This document shows, piece by piece, positions 50,226 through 60,405 of a stretch of 64,000 nt of DNA. Position 1 is the stretch's first letter; every line of letters starts with the position of its first letter. This DNA is from an uncultured Acidobacteriota bacterium (GTDB lineage Bacteria; Acidobacteriota; Thermoanaerobaculia; Gp7-AA8): contig CAWGHO010000001.1 in NCBI GenBank assembly GCA_963822445.1, positions 1,408,001 to 1,472,000 on the forward strand, written 5' to 3'. Under the pieces are notes generated by a model. That model did no database searches. It saw nothing but the letters and a program-made list of their open reading frames with translations, and was not told the DNA's origin. The position numbers and the translations under genes were made by a program.

Positions 50226-51487
50226 CGCAGGCTGCAACCGGACGAGACTTTCTTCACCGCGAGATGTCCGCCGTCGATCCCGAGATCGCCGACGCCATCG
50301 CGCTCGAAACGACGCGACAGAACGACACCCTCGAGCTGATCGCCTCCGAAAACCACGTGTCCCACGCCGTGCTCACGGCCATGGGCTCGGTCTTCACGAA
50401 CAAGTACGCGGAAGGCTATCCGGGCAAGCGCTACTACGGCGGCTGCGGCCCGACGGACATCGTCGAGAACATCGCCATCGCCCGCGCGAAGGAGCTCTTC
50501 GGCGCGGAGCACGCGAACGTGCAGCCGCACTCCGGATCGCAAGCCAATCAGTCGGTCTACTTCGCCATGCTCAAGCCCGGCGACACGATCATGGGCATGG
50601 ACCTCTCGCACGGCGGCCATCTCACCCACGGCCACCCGCTCTCGTACAGCGGCCGCGATTTCAAAGTCGTCGCGTACGGCGTGCGCAAGGACGATGAGCT
50701 GATCGATTACGACGAAATGGAGCGGATCGCCGAGGAGAACAAGCCGCGGATGATCATCTGCGGGGCTTCGGCGTACTCGCGGGTCATCGACTTCAAGCGC
50801 ATCCGCGAGATCGCGGACAAAGTCGGCGCGCTGATGATGGCCGACATCGCCCACATCGCGGGGCTGGTCGTCACCGGCCACCATCCTTCGCCCGTTCCGT
50901 ACGCGGACTTCGTCACCACGACCACGCACAAGACCTTGCGCGGACCGCGCGCCGGGCTGGTGCTCTGCAAGGAAAAGCACGCCAAGGACCTCGATCGCGC
51001 GCTGTTCCCCGGCATTCAGGGCGGCCCGCTCGTGCACATCGTCGCGGCCAAAGCGATCGCCTTCAAGGAAGCGCTCTCGCCCGAGTTCAAGGAGTACCAG
51101 GGGCAGATCATCAAGAACGCGAAGGTCCTTTCCGACGGCGTCGCGGCGGGCGGATTCCGCATCGTCTCCGGCGGCACCGACAACCATCTGTTCATGACCG
51201 ACGTCTTCGTCAAAGGCATCACCGGCAAAGACGGACAAAACATCCTCGAGGCGGCCAACATCACCGTGAACAAAAACACCATCCCCTTCGATCAGAACAA
51301 ACCAATGGTCGCGTCGGGCCTGCGCATCGGCTCCCCCGCGGTCACCACGCGCGGCATGCGCGAGGCCGAGATGAAAACCATCGCCAACCTCATCGCCCGC
51401 GTCCTCGACGCGAAAGGCGACGCCGTCGTGACCGCGCAGGTGAAGAAGGAAGTGAAAGAGTTGTGTGACCGGTTCCCGATTTACTGA
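50222..51487 (+). CDS. glyA: Serine hydroxymethyltransferase
   Basis: [32 protein letters not shown]. Confidence 0.99.
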   Translation: MTQAATGRDFLHREMSAVDPEIADAIALETTRQNDTLELIASENHVSHAVLTAMGSVFTNKYAEGYPGKRYYGGCGPTDIVENIAIARAKELFGAEHANVQPHSGSQANQSVYFAMLKPGDTIMGMDLSHGGHLTHGHPLSYSGRDFKVVAYGVRKDDELIDYDEMERIAEENKPRMIICGASAYSRVIDFKRIREIADKVGALMMADIAHIAGLVVTGHHPSPVPYADFVTTTTHKTLRGPRAGLVLCKEKHAKDLDRALFPGIQGGPLVHIVAAKAIAFKEALSPEFKEYQGQIIKNAKVLSDGVAAGGFRIVSGGTDNHLFMTDVFVKGITGKDGQNILEAANITVNKNTIPFDQNKPMVASGLRIGSPAVTTRGMREAEMKTIANLIARVLDAKGDAVVTAQVKKEVKELCDRFPIY

Positions 51488-51490
51488 GCC

Positions 51491-52171
51491 GTGAAACGCT
51501 TCCCCTACTATCCGATCTACATCGACATCGAAGACCGCGACGTCGTGATCATCGGCGGCGGCAACGTCTGCGCGCGCAAGGCCGAGACGATGATGAAGTA
51601 CGGCGCGCGGGTCACGATCGTGTCGCCTGAATTCACCGACGAGATCGAGGGCTGGGCGCGCGACGGTCAGCTCGCTCTCAAACGAAAGACGTACGACGAG
51701 AGCGACCTTGAAGGCGCGGTGCTGGTCATCGCTTCGACCGACCATCAGAGCGTGAACGAGCAGGTCGCCGCCGACTGCCGCCGCCGCAAGATCCCGGTGA
51801 ACGTCGTCGACGTCACGCCGCTCTGCGAGTTCATCGTCCCGGCCATCATCGAAAAGGGCTCCATCCAGATCGCCATCTCCACCGGCGGCAAGTCGCCGGC
51901 GATCGCCCGGACTCTGAAGGAAGACCTGCAGCGCTCGATCGGTCCCGAGTACGCGGAGATCAACGACGTCCTGGCCACGCTCCGCGACGGCGCTAAGGCC
52001 GTTCTGCCGACGGACGTCGATCGCAAACGCTTCTTCGACGGGATCATCGCCCGGGGCGTGCTGGAAATGCTTCGCGAAGGGCGGCGGGAAGAAGCGTACG
52101 AGACGATCGCCGCGGCCTGCCGCGAGGCAGGAGTAGCCCTGAGCGACGCCGTGCGCAAAGCCGTCCCATAG
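51491..52171 (+). CDS. Precorrin-2 dehydrogenase/ferrochelatase (CysG N-terminal / SirC-like)
   Basis: YPIYI, GGGNVCARK, VNVVD, AISTGGKSP; no methyltransferase domain. Confidence 0.88.
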   Translation: MKRFPYYPIYIDIEDRDVVIIGGGNVCARKAETMMKYGARVTIVSPEFTDEIEGWARDGQLALKRKTYDESDLEGAVLVIASTDHQSVNEQVAADCRRRKIPVNVVDVTPLCEFIVPAIIEKGSIQIAISTGGKSPAIARTLKEDLQRSIGPEYAEINDVLATLRDGAKAVLPTDVDRKRFFDGIIARGVLEMLREGRREEAYETIAAACREAGVALSDAVRKAVP

Positions 52172-52180
52172 AATCCGCCG

Positions 52181-54499
52181 ATGAGAACGCGGGCGATCGT
52201 TCGCGAGAAGCCGTTCTGGCTTCTCGCCGGCATCTCATTGGTGCTGTTCTGGCGGCCGCTGACGACGGAGACGCTCTTCTTTCGCGATCTCTACCATCTC
52301 TACATCCCCAAGAAGCTTCACCTCGCGGCGTCCCTGCGGGATGGCGTGTTCCCGCTCTGGGATGTTCTGGCCCATGGCGGTCAGCCGTTCTTCGCGTCTC
52401 CGCAGACCGGGGTGATGTTCCCACTGAACATTTTCCTGTTCCTGCCTGACCCTCTTCACGGCTTCAACGTCATGCTCGTGATGCTGAGCGCCGGCTGCGC
52501 CCTCGCGGCTTACTGGCTCGCGCGCGTGCTCAACCTCGGTCCGCTGCCGGCTTTCGTCGCCGGAGCGATTTACGGCTTCAGCGGCGCTTCTCTGTCGAGC
52601 CTGAACCTGCCGATTCTGCTGATCGGGTTGCCATGGATTCCGCTCACTCTCGGCTTGACGTATCGGGCAGCAGCCGAGCGTCGATCGATCTTTCCAGCGG
52701 TCTTCTGTGCGGCAATGCCGCTCCTCGGCGGATCCGCGGAAGTGGCCGGCATCCTCTTTCTGGTCGTGCTGGTTACCGTTCTGGCGATGGCCCCATCGCG
52801 ACGGACGATCGTGTTGTTGATCGTCCTGGGTGCGGGCGCGGTGGGACTGACCCTCGTCCAGACCGTGCCGATCCTGACCACGATTGCCCAGTCGTCGCGG
52901 AGCGTCCGACGCAGCTACGAGAGTTTCACGTCCTGGTCGGTCCACCCGCGCCGGCTGCCGGAGCTCATCGTGCCGCGCTACCTCGGCGATACGGACTCGA
53001 TGGTCGAAAACCGTTATTGGGGCCGGCCCCTCGAGACGGGCGGCTTCCCGTACATCCTCAGCATCTATTTCGGCCTGCCTGTGCTGATTCTCGCCGTCGC
53101 CGGGGTGGCAGGCGTCGATGCGGGAGATCGCATTCCGCGAAGAACGCTCGCGGCGTTGGCCGGCGTCGCAATGGTCCTCACGTTGGGACGATACCTTCCC
53201 GGTTTCTCGCTCATCCACGAGCACGTGCCGTTGGTGACGACGTTCCGGTACCCGGTCAAAGCGATTTTTGCCGTTCTCCTTCCGGTCTCGCTGCTGGCCG
53301 CACGCGGTGCTCAGGTTCTGGCGATCTCGCGGCGCGGCCGGGTCATCGCCGGGATCGCGGCTCTGAGCGTCGCCTGCGTGTCGGGAGTCGTGGCGATCTT
53401 CGCCTACCGCAGCTCTACCGCCACGCTGGAGCAGTTCTTCGGGTTCGAAGCGCTTCCCGGCAGCGCGAGCTCCTCGATTGCGACCTCATTCCTACACACG
53501 GCGGTGACGGCCGGAGTGTTCGCGCTGATCTGTGCCGTGCCTCGCCTTCCCCTGATGACGATGCTGGCAGCGTTGGTCGCCGTGGACGTCACGGCTGCGG
53601 GCTTTCACCTCAATCCATCGGCACCCCGGTCGATCTTCGACGCTCCGCCGATCGCGGCGACGGTCCATCGGGCGCGCGATGGCGGCCGGTTTTATGCCGC
53701 GCAGCGACAGACGATCGTTCGCGCCCCGAGCGATGACCTCATGTGGCTGGCGCGGTGGCAGGTCGCCACGCTCGATGGCTACGACGCGGCCCTGTTTGGC
53801 ATCCCGGTCATCTTTCACGAAGACTACGACGGTCTGGCGCCGGCGCGGATGGCAAGGATGAGCCGCATCATCGAGGGCATTCCGTGGGACCGGCGGAAAG
53901 TGCTCCTCGACCGTGGAAACGTGCGCGTGTTCACTTCGCCCACGCCGGTGCCCTGGAGCGCCCACGCCCTCCTGTCGAAACTTTCGACCGGGGACCAGAC
54001 GATCTTCCTGTATGCGAATCCCTCCGCCGTGCCGGGGAGGTTCGCCGGGGCCGTGGAAGTCGCGGGCAGCGATACGGAGGCGCTGCAGAAGCTGCTCAAT
54101 GATCCCGATCCGACGAGAGTGATCCTCGAATCGGCGCCGGCGCATACCCCGGGAAAGTGCGGTGCAGCGCCGATTCGCGTGCTCTCACAATCCGCCGGAC
54201 GGGTGATGTACGCCGTGGACGCCCCTTGCGACGGCTATGTGGTTTTCTCCGAGAACCATTACCCGGGATGGAAGGCGCGTATCGACTCCGTTTCGGCCGA
54301 GATCGTTCCGGCCGATTACGGTTTCAGCGCCGTGGCTGTCCGGCGGGGGCGCCATCGAATCGAACGGCGTTACGTTCCGCCGGGCCTGGCCGCGGGGAGC
54401 GCGGCAAGTCTGGCCACGCTGTTCCTGCTCGGGCTTTTCGAGATCGGGGATCGACGTCGCCGGAAGAGCGGTCCCGGAGAGCCTGCACCGTCGCCCTGA
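52181..54499 (+). CDS. YfhO-family (GT-C) membrane protein
   Basis: FRDL...Y.P, FPLW....GQPF, C-terminal ENHYPGWKA and GRHRIE. Confidence 0.8.
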   Translation: MRTRAIVREKPFWLLAGISLVLFWRPLTTETLFFRDLYHLYIPKKLHLAASLRDGVFPLWDVLAHGGQPFFASPQTGVMFPLNIFLFLPDPLHGFNVMLVMLSAGCALAAYWLARVLNLGPLPAFVAGAIYGFSGASLSSLNLPILLIGLPWIPLTLGLTYRAAAERRSIFPAVFCAAMPLLGGSAEVAGILFLVVLVTVLAMAPSRRTIVLLIVLGAGAVGLTLVQTVPILTTIAQSSRSVRRSYESFTSWSVHPRRLPELIVPRYLGDTDSMVENRYWGRPLETGGFPYILSIYFGLPVLILAVAGVAGVDAGDRIPRRTLAALAGVAMVLTLGRYLPGFSLIHEHVPLVTTFRYPVKAIFAVLLPVSLLAARGAQVLAISRRGRVIAGIAALSVACVSGVVAIFAYRSSTATLEQFFGFEALPGSASSSIATSFLHTAVTAGVFALICAVPRLPLMTMLAALVAVDVTAAGFHLNPSAPRSIFDAPPIAATVHRARDGGRFYAAQRQTIVRAPSDDLMWLARWQVATLDGYDAALFGIPVIFHEDYDGLAPARMARMSRIIEGIPWDRRKVLLDRGNVRVFTSPTPVPWSAHALLSKLSTGDQTIFLYANPSAVPGRFAGAVEVAGSDTEALQKLLNDPDPTRVILESAPAHTPGKCGAAPIRVLSQSAGRVMYAVDAPCDGYVVFSENHYPGWKARIDSVSAEIVPADYGFSAVAVRRGRHRIERRYVPPGLAAGSAASLATLFLLGLFEIGDRRRRKSGPGEPAPSP

Positions 54500-54535
54500 G
54501 CCCGAGATTGGCGCATGTTATCCTCGCGCGCCCGC

Positions 54536-55312
54536 ATGCCCCTGCACGAGAAAAAAGTCATCGCTGTCCTTCCCGCCTACAACGCCGAGCGGACGCTCCA
54601 GGCGACGTACGACGACATTCCGAAGGACTGGGTGGACGAGATCCTGCTGGTCGACGACTGCTCGCGCGACCGCACCGTCGAGCTCTCCCGCCAGCTCGGC
54701 CTGAAAACGGTCGTCCATCAGAAGAACCGCGGCTACGGCGGCAATCAGAAGACCTGCTACAACACGGCGATGTACGAGATGGGCGGCGAGATCATGGTCA
54801 TGGTCCATCCCGACCATCAGTACGACCCGACCATCATCCCGGAGCTGGTCAAGCCGCTCCTTCGCGGTGAGGCCGAGGCCGTGTTCGGCTCACGCATGCT
54901 TGGCGGCCGGCCGATCGAAGGGGGCATGCCGAAGTGGAAGTACTTCGCGAACCTCTTCCTGACCATGGTCGAGAACGCGACGTTCTACGTCTACCTCTCC
55001 GAATACCACTCCGGCTTCCGCGCGTATTCGAAGCGCTACCTGGAGACCGTCAACTTCGACGCGAACTCGGATGACTTCGTGTTCGACACGGAGATCATCG
55101 CCCAGGGCGTGGCCAAGGGGATGCGCATCCGCGAGGTGCCGATCCAGACCCGCTACTTCGACGAGGCCTCGCAGGTCGGCTTCATCAAAGGCTGCCGGTA
55201 CGGGCTGTCCATCCTGAAGACGATGTTCTTCTACAAGCTGCACAAGAAACGGATCTACTCGCATCCGATCTTTCGCGACCGCGTCGCGGCGCCGGCCACG
55301 GCCACCGCATAG
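54536..55312 (+). CDS. GT2 polyprenol-phosphate glycosyltransferase-like protein
   Basis: LPAYNAE, VDDCSRD, GYGGNQK, HPDHQY, HSGFRAY, FVFDTE. Confidence 0.88.
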   Translation: MPLHEKKVIAVLPAYNAERTLQATYDDIPKDWVDEILLVDDCSRDRTVELSRQLGLKTVVHQKNRGYGGNQKTCYNTAMYEMGGEIMVMVHPDHQYDPTIIPELVKPLLRGEAEAVFGSRMLGGRPIEGGMPKWKYFANLFLTMVENATFYVYLSEYHSGFRAYSKRYLETVNFDANSDDFVFDTEIIAQGVAKGMRIREVPIQTRYFDEASQVGFIKGCRYGLSILKTMFFYKLHKKRIYSHPIFRDRVAAPATATA

Positions 55313-55318
55313 GCACCT

Positions 55319-57691
55319 GTGAGCGAAACGCGCCGTCACGACACGATCGCCGTCGCGATCCTCGCGCTTCTGGCCACGGTGCTCTTCATCGACGTTCTGA
55401 TCGGCACGCAGAACTTCTACATGCGCGATCTGACGCGCTACTACTACCCGACCAAACAGATCCTTCGGGAGATCGTGCAGAACGGCGAGTTCCCTTACTG
55501 GAACCGCTACTTCTCGGCCGGCCAGCCCATCGCCGCGAATCCCGAGCATGAAGTCTTCTACCCCTTCACCTGGCTGATCCTCCTCCCCAGCTACGACCTC
55601 GGCTACCGCCTGCACATCCTCGTGCACATCTACATCGGCCTCCTGGGCATGTACGCGATGCTGCGATCGATGGAGCTGCGCGCGAGCGCGGCCTTCTTCG
55701 GCGCCTTCGCGTTCGGTCTGGGCGGGCTTTATCTGTCGTACATCAACCTGCTGCCGATTCTCTTCTGCGCGGCCTGGCTGCCGCTCACCTGTCTCTACGT
55801 GCGCAAGTTCATGCTCACGCCGAGTCTGCGGGCCTTTTCACTGGCTTCGTTGTTTCTGGGGATGCAGTTCCTCGTCGGCGAGCCGACGACGGTGATGCAG
55901 ACCGGCTTTCTGATCGGCATGTACGCGCTGTACCGCGGGTGGTACGCGGCGCGGGATGCGGAAGGGTCCGCGACGTCGGCGGTGCCGGAAATGCTGTCGC
56001 GCGTTGCGATGATCGCTCTCATCTCCATCGCCGCGATCGCGATTGGCGCGGCACAGATGATCTCGGCGGTCGATCACGTCGGCGATTCCGCGCGCTCGCG
56101 CGTTTTCGACTACAGCCTCGTCAAGGCGTGGAGCATGCCCTGGGCAAAGTTCGCGGAGCTCATCTACCCGAACTTCCTCGGCCACATCGCCATCGACAGA
56201 GTGATGTGGTACTGGGCGGGCGGTCTGTATCCGGGAATGGGCTCGCCATTCCTTTTCAACATCTACATCGGCCTGCTCGTCTTCTCCCTGGCCATGGCCG
56301 GCTTCTTCGTCCGTCCACGCGGCGGGCGGTTCGTGCTCATCCTCTGCGTCTTCTCGCTGCTGATGGCGCTCGGCGGCCACACGCCCTTTCTGAAGCTCCT
56401 CTACGAAGCGGGGATCGCCACGTCGATCCGCTATCCGGAGAAGTTCGTCCTCATTGCCATCTTCGCGGTGATCGTCTTCGGCTCGCAGATGCTCGATCGC
56501 ATGCTGCGCGGCGATGAAGAGGTGCGGGATGCGGCGATGGGATTCGTGCTGGCCACGACTGTCGTCGCCGCGGCGATTGCCATCGCCGGATTCACGCCGT
56601 ACTACGGTGAAGCCTTCTCGAAGATCTGGGGAATCAGCGGTGCGCCCGGCAAGACGATGATCAAGATGTCGCACCACGGGTGGCTGATCGCCATGGCGCG
56701 TGGCGCGATTCTCTTCGCTCTGCTCTGGGCCATGCGCAAGATGAAGCCGCAGTGGTGGGTGGCGGCGCTGGCGATTTTCACGGTTGCGGATGTCTTTCCC
56801 GTCGTGCATCAACTCAATCCCCGCATGCCGGCGCATTTCTTCACCACCACACCGACCGCAGCGAAGGTGTTTCCCGCGAATCGCGAGCCCTTTCGCGTCT
56901 TTCATGAAGCCGACTGGTATGGCCAGGAAGAGATGGCCCGCAAGTATTTCTCGACCGGCGAAGCGGTCTACTGGGTCGTGCGCAATGGTCTGTTTCCGAT
57001 GACGCCCGTCAACCACGGTCTGCGCATGGTCATCGAGCGCGATTACGACAAGACCGCGCTGATCCCCAGCATCGAATTCACCGATTCGGTCTGGGACGTG
57101 AAACGCGCCGGCCGCAGCGACTGGTGGGAGCCGTTCGTGGCCATGTCGAACGCCTGGTACCGCGCCGTTTACCGGCCGTTCGCCGAGGAGAAGAAGCGGG
57201 TGAAGGGGAACCTCAAGGCGGCGCAGGCGATGGACTTCGTCGAGCTCGAGCACCATCCGCGTTATTACTTCGCCGATCAGATCGTGACCATCCGCGATCG
57301 CAAGGACTTCGTGAAGAAGCTCGTCGACAACAGCTACAGCAAGCGCGTGGCCTTCGTGCGCAACCCCGCGTTCGTTCCCGCGCGCGGCAAAGTGCTCGGA
57401 TATCGCGAGACCGCGAACACGGCGGTCATCGACGTCGAGAGCTTCGGCAAGGGCTATCTGGTGATGAGCGTGACGCCGCACAAGTACTGGCGGGTCATGA
57501 TCGACGGCAAGCCCGTCACCCCGCTCGTGACGAACATCGCTTACCAGGGCGTTGTCGTTCCGGCCGGCCGACATCGCGTCGAGATGCGCTACCGGAACAC
57601 CCTCGCCGCGGGGGGCGCGAAGGTTTCCATCGCCGCCGCGGTTCTGCTCCTCGCCGGCGCGTTTCTGCCGCGCCGCAGACTGCGACGATGA
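55319..57691 (+). CDS. YfhO-family (GT-C) membrane protein
   Basis: MRDL..YYYP, FPYWNRY..AGQP, RYPEKF, C-terminal PAGRHRVEMRY. Confidence 0.82.
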   Translation: MSETRRHDTIAVAILALLATVLFIDVLIGTQNFYMRDLTRYYYPTKQILREIVQNGEFPYWNRYFSAGQPIAANPEHEVFYPFTWLILLPSYDLGYRLHILVHIYIGLLGMYAMLRSMELRASAAFFGAFAFGLGGLYLSYINLLPILFCAAWLPLTCLYVRKFMLTPSLRAFSLASLFLGMQFLVGEPTTVMQTGFLIGMYALYRGWYAARDAEGSATSAVPEMLSRVAMIALISIAAIAIGAAQMISAVDHVGDSARSRVFDYSLVKAWSMPWAKFAELIYPNFLGHIAIDRVMWYWAGGLYPGMGSPFLFNIYIGLLVFSLAMAGFFVRPRGGRFVLILCVFSLLMALGGHTPFLKLLYEAGIATSIRYPEKFVLIAIFAVIVFGSQMLDRMLRGDEEVRDAAMGFVLATTVVAAAIAIAGFTPYYGEAFSKIWGISGAPGKTMIKMSHHGWLIAMARGAILFALLWAMRKMKPQWWVAALAIFTVADVFPVVHQLNPRMPAHFFTTTPTAAKVFPANREPFRVFHEADWYGQEEMARKYFSTGEAVYWVVRNGLFPMTPVNHGLRMVIERDYDKTALIPSIEFTDSVWDVKRAGRSDWWEPFVAMSNAWYRAVYRPFAEEKKRVKGNLKAAQAMDFVELEHHPRYYFADQIVTIRDRKDFVKKLVDNSYSKRVAFVRNPAFVPARGKVLGYRETANTAVIDVESFGKGYLVMSVTPHKYWRVMIDGKPVTPLVTNIAYQGVVVPAGRHRVEMRYRNTLAAGGAKVSIAAAVLLLAGAFLPRRRLRR

Positions 57692-59112
57692 TGGACCCGG
57701 CCGAAGCCGCCCGGAAGAAGCGACGACACAGAAACGAACGGATCGTCGCCGCGCTGATCGTTCTCGCGACCGCCGGTCTCACGGCCGCAGCCGTGTACTG
57801 GCACCGCAGCCAGGAAGACGCGGTTCTGCGCGACGCGAGCTACATCCCCAAGGTCGCGGTCATCACTCCCGAGATCGAATTGCTCCGCGAGTACGTGCGC
57901 ATCGACACGACCACGCCGCAGGGTGTGGGAGAGGGGGCGCGCTGGCTCACCGCGCAGCTCGCGAGATTCGGCGTGCGCGCGGAGCTCATCGAGTCGACCG
58001 ATGGACGGCTCAATGTCTACGCGCGCATCAAGGGGCGCGAAGCCGGCGGCGGACTGCTGCTCTTCAATCACATCGACGTCGTGCCGCCCGGTGACGGCTG
58101 GAGGAAACCGCCCTTCTCCGCCGAGATCGAGCTGAATCAGATGTATGGGCGCGGCACCCTCGACATGAAGGGAGTGGCCCTCACGCAACTCCTCGCGTTC
58201 GGCGCCGTGGCGCGAAGCGGCCGCGTTCCCGAGCAAGACCTCGTGTTTCTCGCGACCGCTGAAGAGGAACAGGGCAGCCGCAACGGACTGCGCTGGCTGC
58301 TCGAGCACCGCCCCGACATCATCGAAGGCATTCAGTACGGCATCACCGAAGGCGGATTGACCGAGGTGATGACCGAGAAGATGACCTACTTCGGCATCGA
58401 GGTCGGCGGCAAGCAACTGGTGGAACTGACCCTTGCCGCCGGCGATGAGGAATCGCTGCGGCAGGCGCGCTTCGTCCTCCAGCGCTACGTCGTGCGCCGC
58501 GAGCCCGATCGCGTGCTTCCCGAAGTCCGCCAGCACTTTCGAGACATCGCGCCGACCCGGGTCAGCGCCGGTCCCTATCTCGCCGACATCGACCGCACCA
58601 TTGCCCAGGGCGATTACTGGCGTCTTCCGTACAGCTACCGCGAGTTCGTCTCGGACTCTCTCTGGCTCAAGGCACCCGCCAAAGGAGACCGCGACTGGAG
58701 GATGTTCGTCCGGATGGTCAACCTGCCGGATGCCGATCCTGATGCGCGCATCGAATGGCTGCGAGGACAGGTCGCGAAGTTCGGTGTGACCATCGCCGAG
58801 GTCCACGAAAAGCAGGGGCCGGTGCCGATGTCCAGCAGCGACACACCGCTCTTCCGGATCCTGGCCGCCGAGGCCCGGCGGCGGTACGGAGTGGACGCGG
58901 GCGTTCAGATCCTCTTCCGGTCGCAGTCTGATTCCAGGTTTCTCAGGCCGCTGGGGATCACCTGCTACGGCGTCTCCCCGTTCGCGGTCGATTACTTTCA
59001 GTCGCTCTCCATCCACGGCCGTGACGAGCGCATCCGTCTGGACTGGTTCGGTCAGGGCGTCGAATACATGAACCGGGTGGTGCAGGCCTGGGCGCTTCCC
59101 GCTCGGCGGTGA
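57688..59112 (+). CDS. Membrane-anchored M20/M25/M40 metallopeptidase or amidohydrolase
   Basis: N-terminal TM; HIDVVP, YGRGTLDMKG, AEEE, IHGRDE. Confidence 0.88.
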   Translation: MMDPAEAARKKRRHRNERIVAALIVLATAGLTAAAVYWHRSQEDAVLRDASYIPKVAVITPEIELLREYVRIDTTTPQGVGEGARWLTAQLARFGVRAELIESTDGRLNVYARIKGREAGGGLLLFNHIDVVPPGDGWRKPPFSAEIELNQMYGRGTLDMKGVALTQLLAFGAVARSGRVPEQDLVFLATAEEEQGSRNGLRWLLEHRPDIIEGIQYGITEGGLTEVMTEKMTYFGIEVGGKQLVELTLAAGDEESLRQARFVLQRYVVRREPDRVLPEVRQHFRDIAPTRVSAGPYLADIDRTIAQGDYWRLPYSYREFVSDSLWLKAPAKGDRDWRMFVRMVNLPDADPDARIEWLRGQVAKFGVTIAEVHEKQGPVPMSSSDTPLFRILAAEARRRYGVDAGVQILFRSQSDSRFLRPLGITCYGVSPFAVDYFQSLSIHGRDERIRLDWFGQGVEYMNRVVQAWALPARR

Positions 59113-59147
59113 CAGTATTTGTCACGCGCTTCCGACACAAAACGTCA
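59110..59147. promoter_or_regulatory. Paired palindromes, candidate enhancer-binding-protein sites
   Basis: TGACA-gtatt-TGTCA and CGACA-caaaa-CGTCA, about 75-110 bp upstream of a sigma-54 motif. Confidence 0.55.
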
Positions 59148-59219
59148 GAAAGATGTTACGACGGCCGGGCCTCGGCCGCTAAGTCAAACGTACCCAATGA
59201 GATGACATTCGCCAGCTCC

Positions 59220-59235
59220 TGGCAGTTCGATTGCG
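59220..59235 (+). promoter_or_regulatory. Sigma-54 promoter candidate for pilin
   Basis: TGGCAGTTCGATTGCG, upstream of SD AGGAGG. Confidence 0.7.
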
Positions 59236-59262
59236 ATTAGGGGAAGGCTTGAAGGAGGATCA

Positions 59263-59748
59263 ATGAACAGGAAACAGAAAGGTTTTACCCTGATCGAGCT
59301 GCTGATCGTCGTTGCGATCATCGGCATTCTGGCTGCGATCGCCATTCCGAACCTTCTGACCGCGATGCAGCGCTCGCGTCAGAAGCGGACGATGGCCGAC
59401 ATCCGCAGCGTCGCCACGGCGTGGGAAGCGCGCGCCACCGACATGAACACCTACGCGCTTGCAGGTCTCAGCATCCCGGCGTGGGGCACGCCGACCACCT
59501 CGGCGCTCGCCGGCGCGCTGTCGCCGACGTACATCAAGTCGATGCCGCGCAACGACGCCTGGGGCACCCAGTTCAGCGTCGGAGCTGACGAAGCCGCCTA
59601 CGTCATCGCCTCGTACGGCAAGGACACGACCCCGGACGAAGCCACCGGTACGTCCGTCACCCCGGGTGCGACGCAGAAGTTCGATAACGACATCATCTTC
59701 TCGAACGGCAGCTTCCTCACCTATCCCGAGGGTGTCCAGAACCAGTAA
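59263..59748 (+). CDS. Type IV pilin / GspG-like prepilin 1
   Basis: G|FTLIELLIVVAIIGILAAIAIP; DAWG and SYGKD motifs. Confidence 0.92.
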   Translation: MNRKQKGFTLIELLIVVAIIGILAAIAIPNLLTAMQRSRQKRTMADIRSVATAWEARATDMNTYALAGLSIPAWGTPTTSALAGALSPTYIKSMPRNDAWGTQFSVGADEAAYVIASYGKDTTPDEATGTSVTPGATQKFDNDIIFSNGSFLTYPEGVQNQ

Positions 59749-59775
59749 CAGCAGCAACAAACGCCCATTTACTCG

Positions 59776-59811
59776 ACGGGCGGCCTTCATGGAAGGCCGC
59801 CCGTTTCGTTT
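59776..59811 (+). terminator. Intrinsic terminator between the two pilin genes
   Basis: ACGGGCGGCCTTC-atg-GAAGGCCGCCCGT followed by TTCGTTT. Confidence 0.8.
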
Positions 59812-59833
59812 ACGCCCGAGAGGGAGCACGTTG

Positions 59834-60310
59834 ATGCAGAGACAACGCGGCTTCACGCTCATCGAACTTCTCATCGTCGTTGCCATCATCGGAATCCTGG
59901 CGGCCATCGCCATTCCGAACCTGATGGCGGCGATGAGCCGAGCGCGTCAGAAGCGAACTATGGCCGACATGCGAGCGATGGCCGTTGCCTGGGAGGCACG
60001 GGGCGTCGATGAGGGGGATTACGGCCTGGCGGGTCTGACGGTCTGCTGCACGACCCCCATCGCGGCGGAAGATCTCCGCGACGCGCTGACGCCGACCTAC
60101 AGCAAACTGTTCGTCGAGACGGACGCGTGGAGCACCCCCATCGCGTACACGACCAATGCTGACGGCAGCTCCTACCTCATCACCTCGTACGGCCGCGACC
60201 GCAAGGTCGATTCGACGTTCGTCGGCGGCGGGACGCAGAGCTTCGACCGCGACATCATGTACAGCAATGGTTCCTTCGTGCAGTATCCCGAAGGAGTGCA
60301 GGCCCCGTAG
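59834..60310 (+). CDS. Type IV pilin / GspG-like prepilin 2
   Basis: MQRQRG|FTLIELLIVVAIIG; paralogue of pilin 1. Confidence 0.9.
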   Translation: MQRQRGFTLIELLIVVAIIGILAAIAIPNLMAAMSRARQKRTMADMRAMAVAWEARGVDEGDYGLAGLTVCCTTPIAAEDLRDALTPTYSKLFVETDAWSTPIAYTTNADGSSYLITSYGRDRKVDSTFVGGGTQSFDRDIMYSNGSFVQYPEGVQAP

Positions 60311-60312
60311 AG

Positions 60313-60404
60313 GCAGTGATTAGTGGTTAGTCGTTAGTGGTTAGTAGAACCAGCCGTCCTAACGACTAATCACTAACGACTAGTCACTAACCACTAACGA
60401 CTGC
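60313..60404. repeat. Inverted tandem 7-mer hairpin, GTCGTTA family, copy 3
   Basis: GTGATTA GTGGTTA GTCGTTA GTGGTTA GTAGAACC, spacer, then six CTAACGA-like units. Confidence 0.9.
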
Positions 60405-60405
60405 A

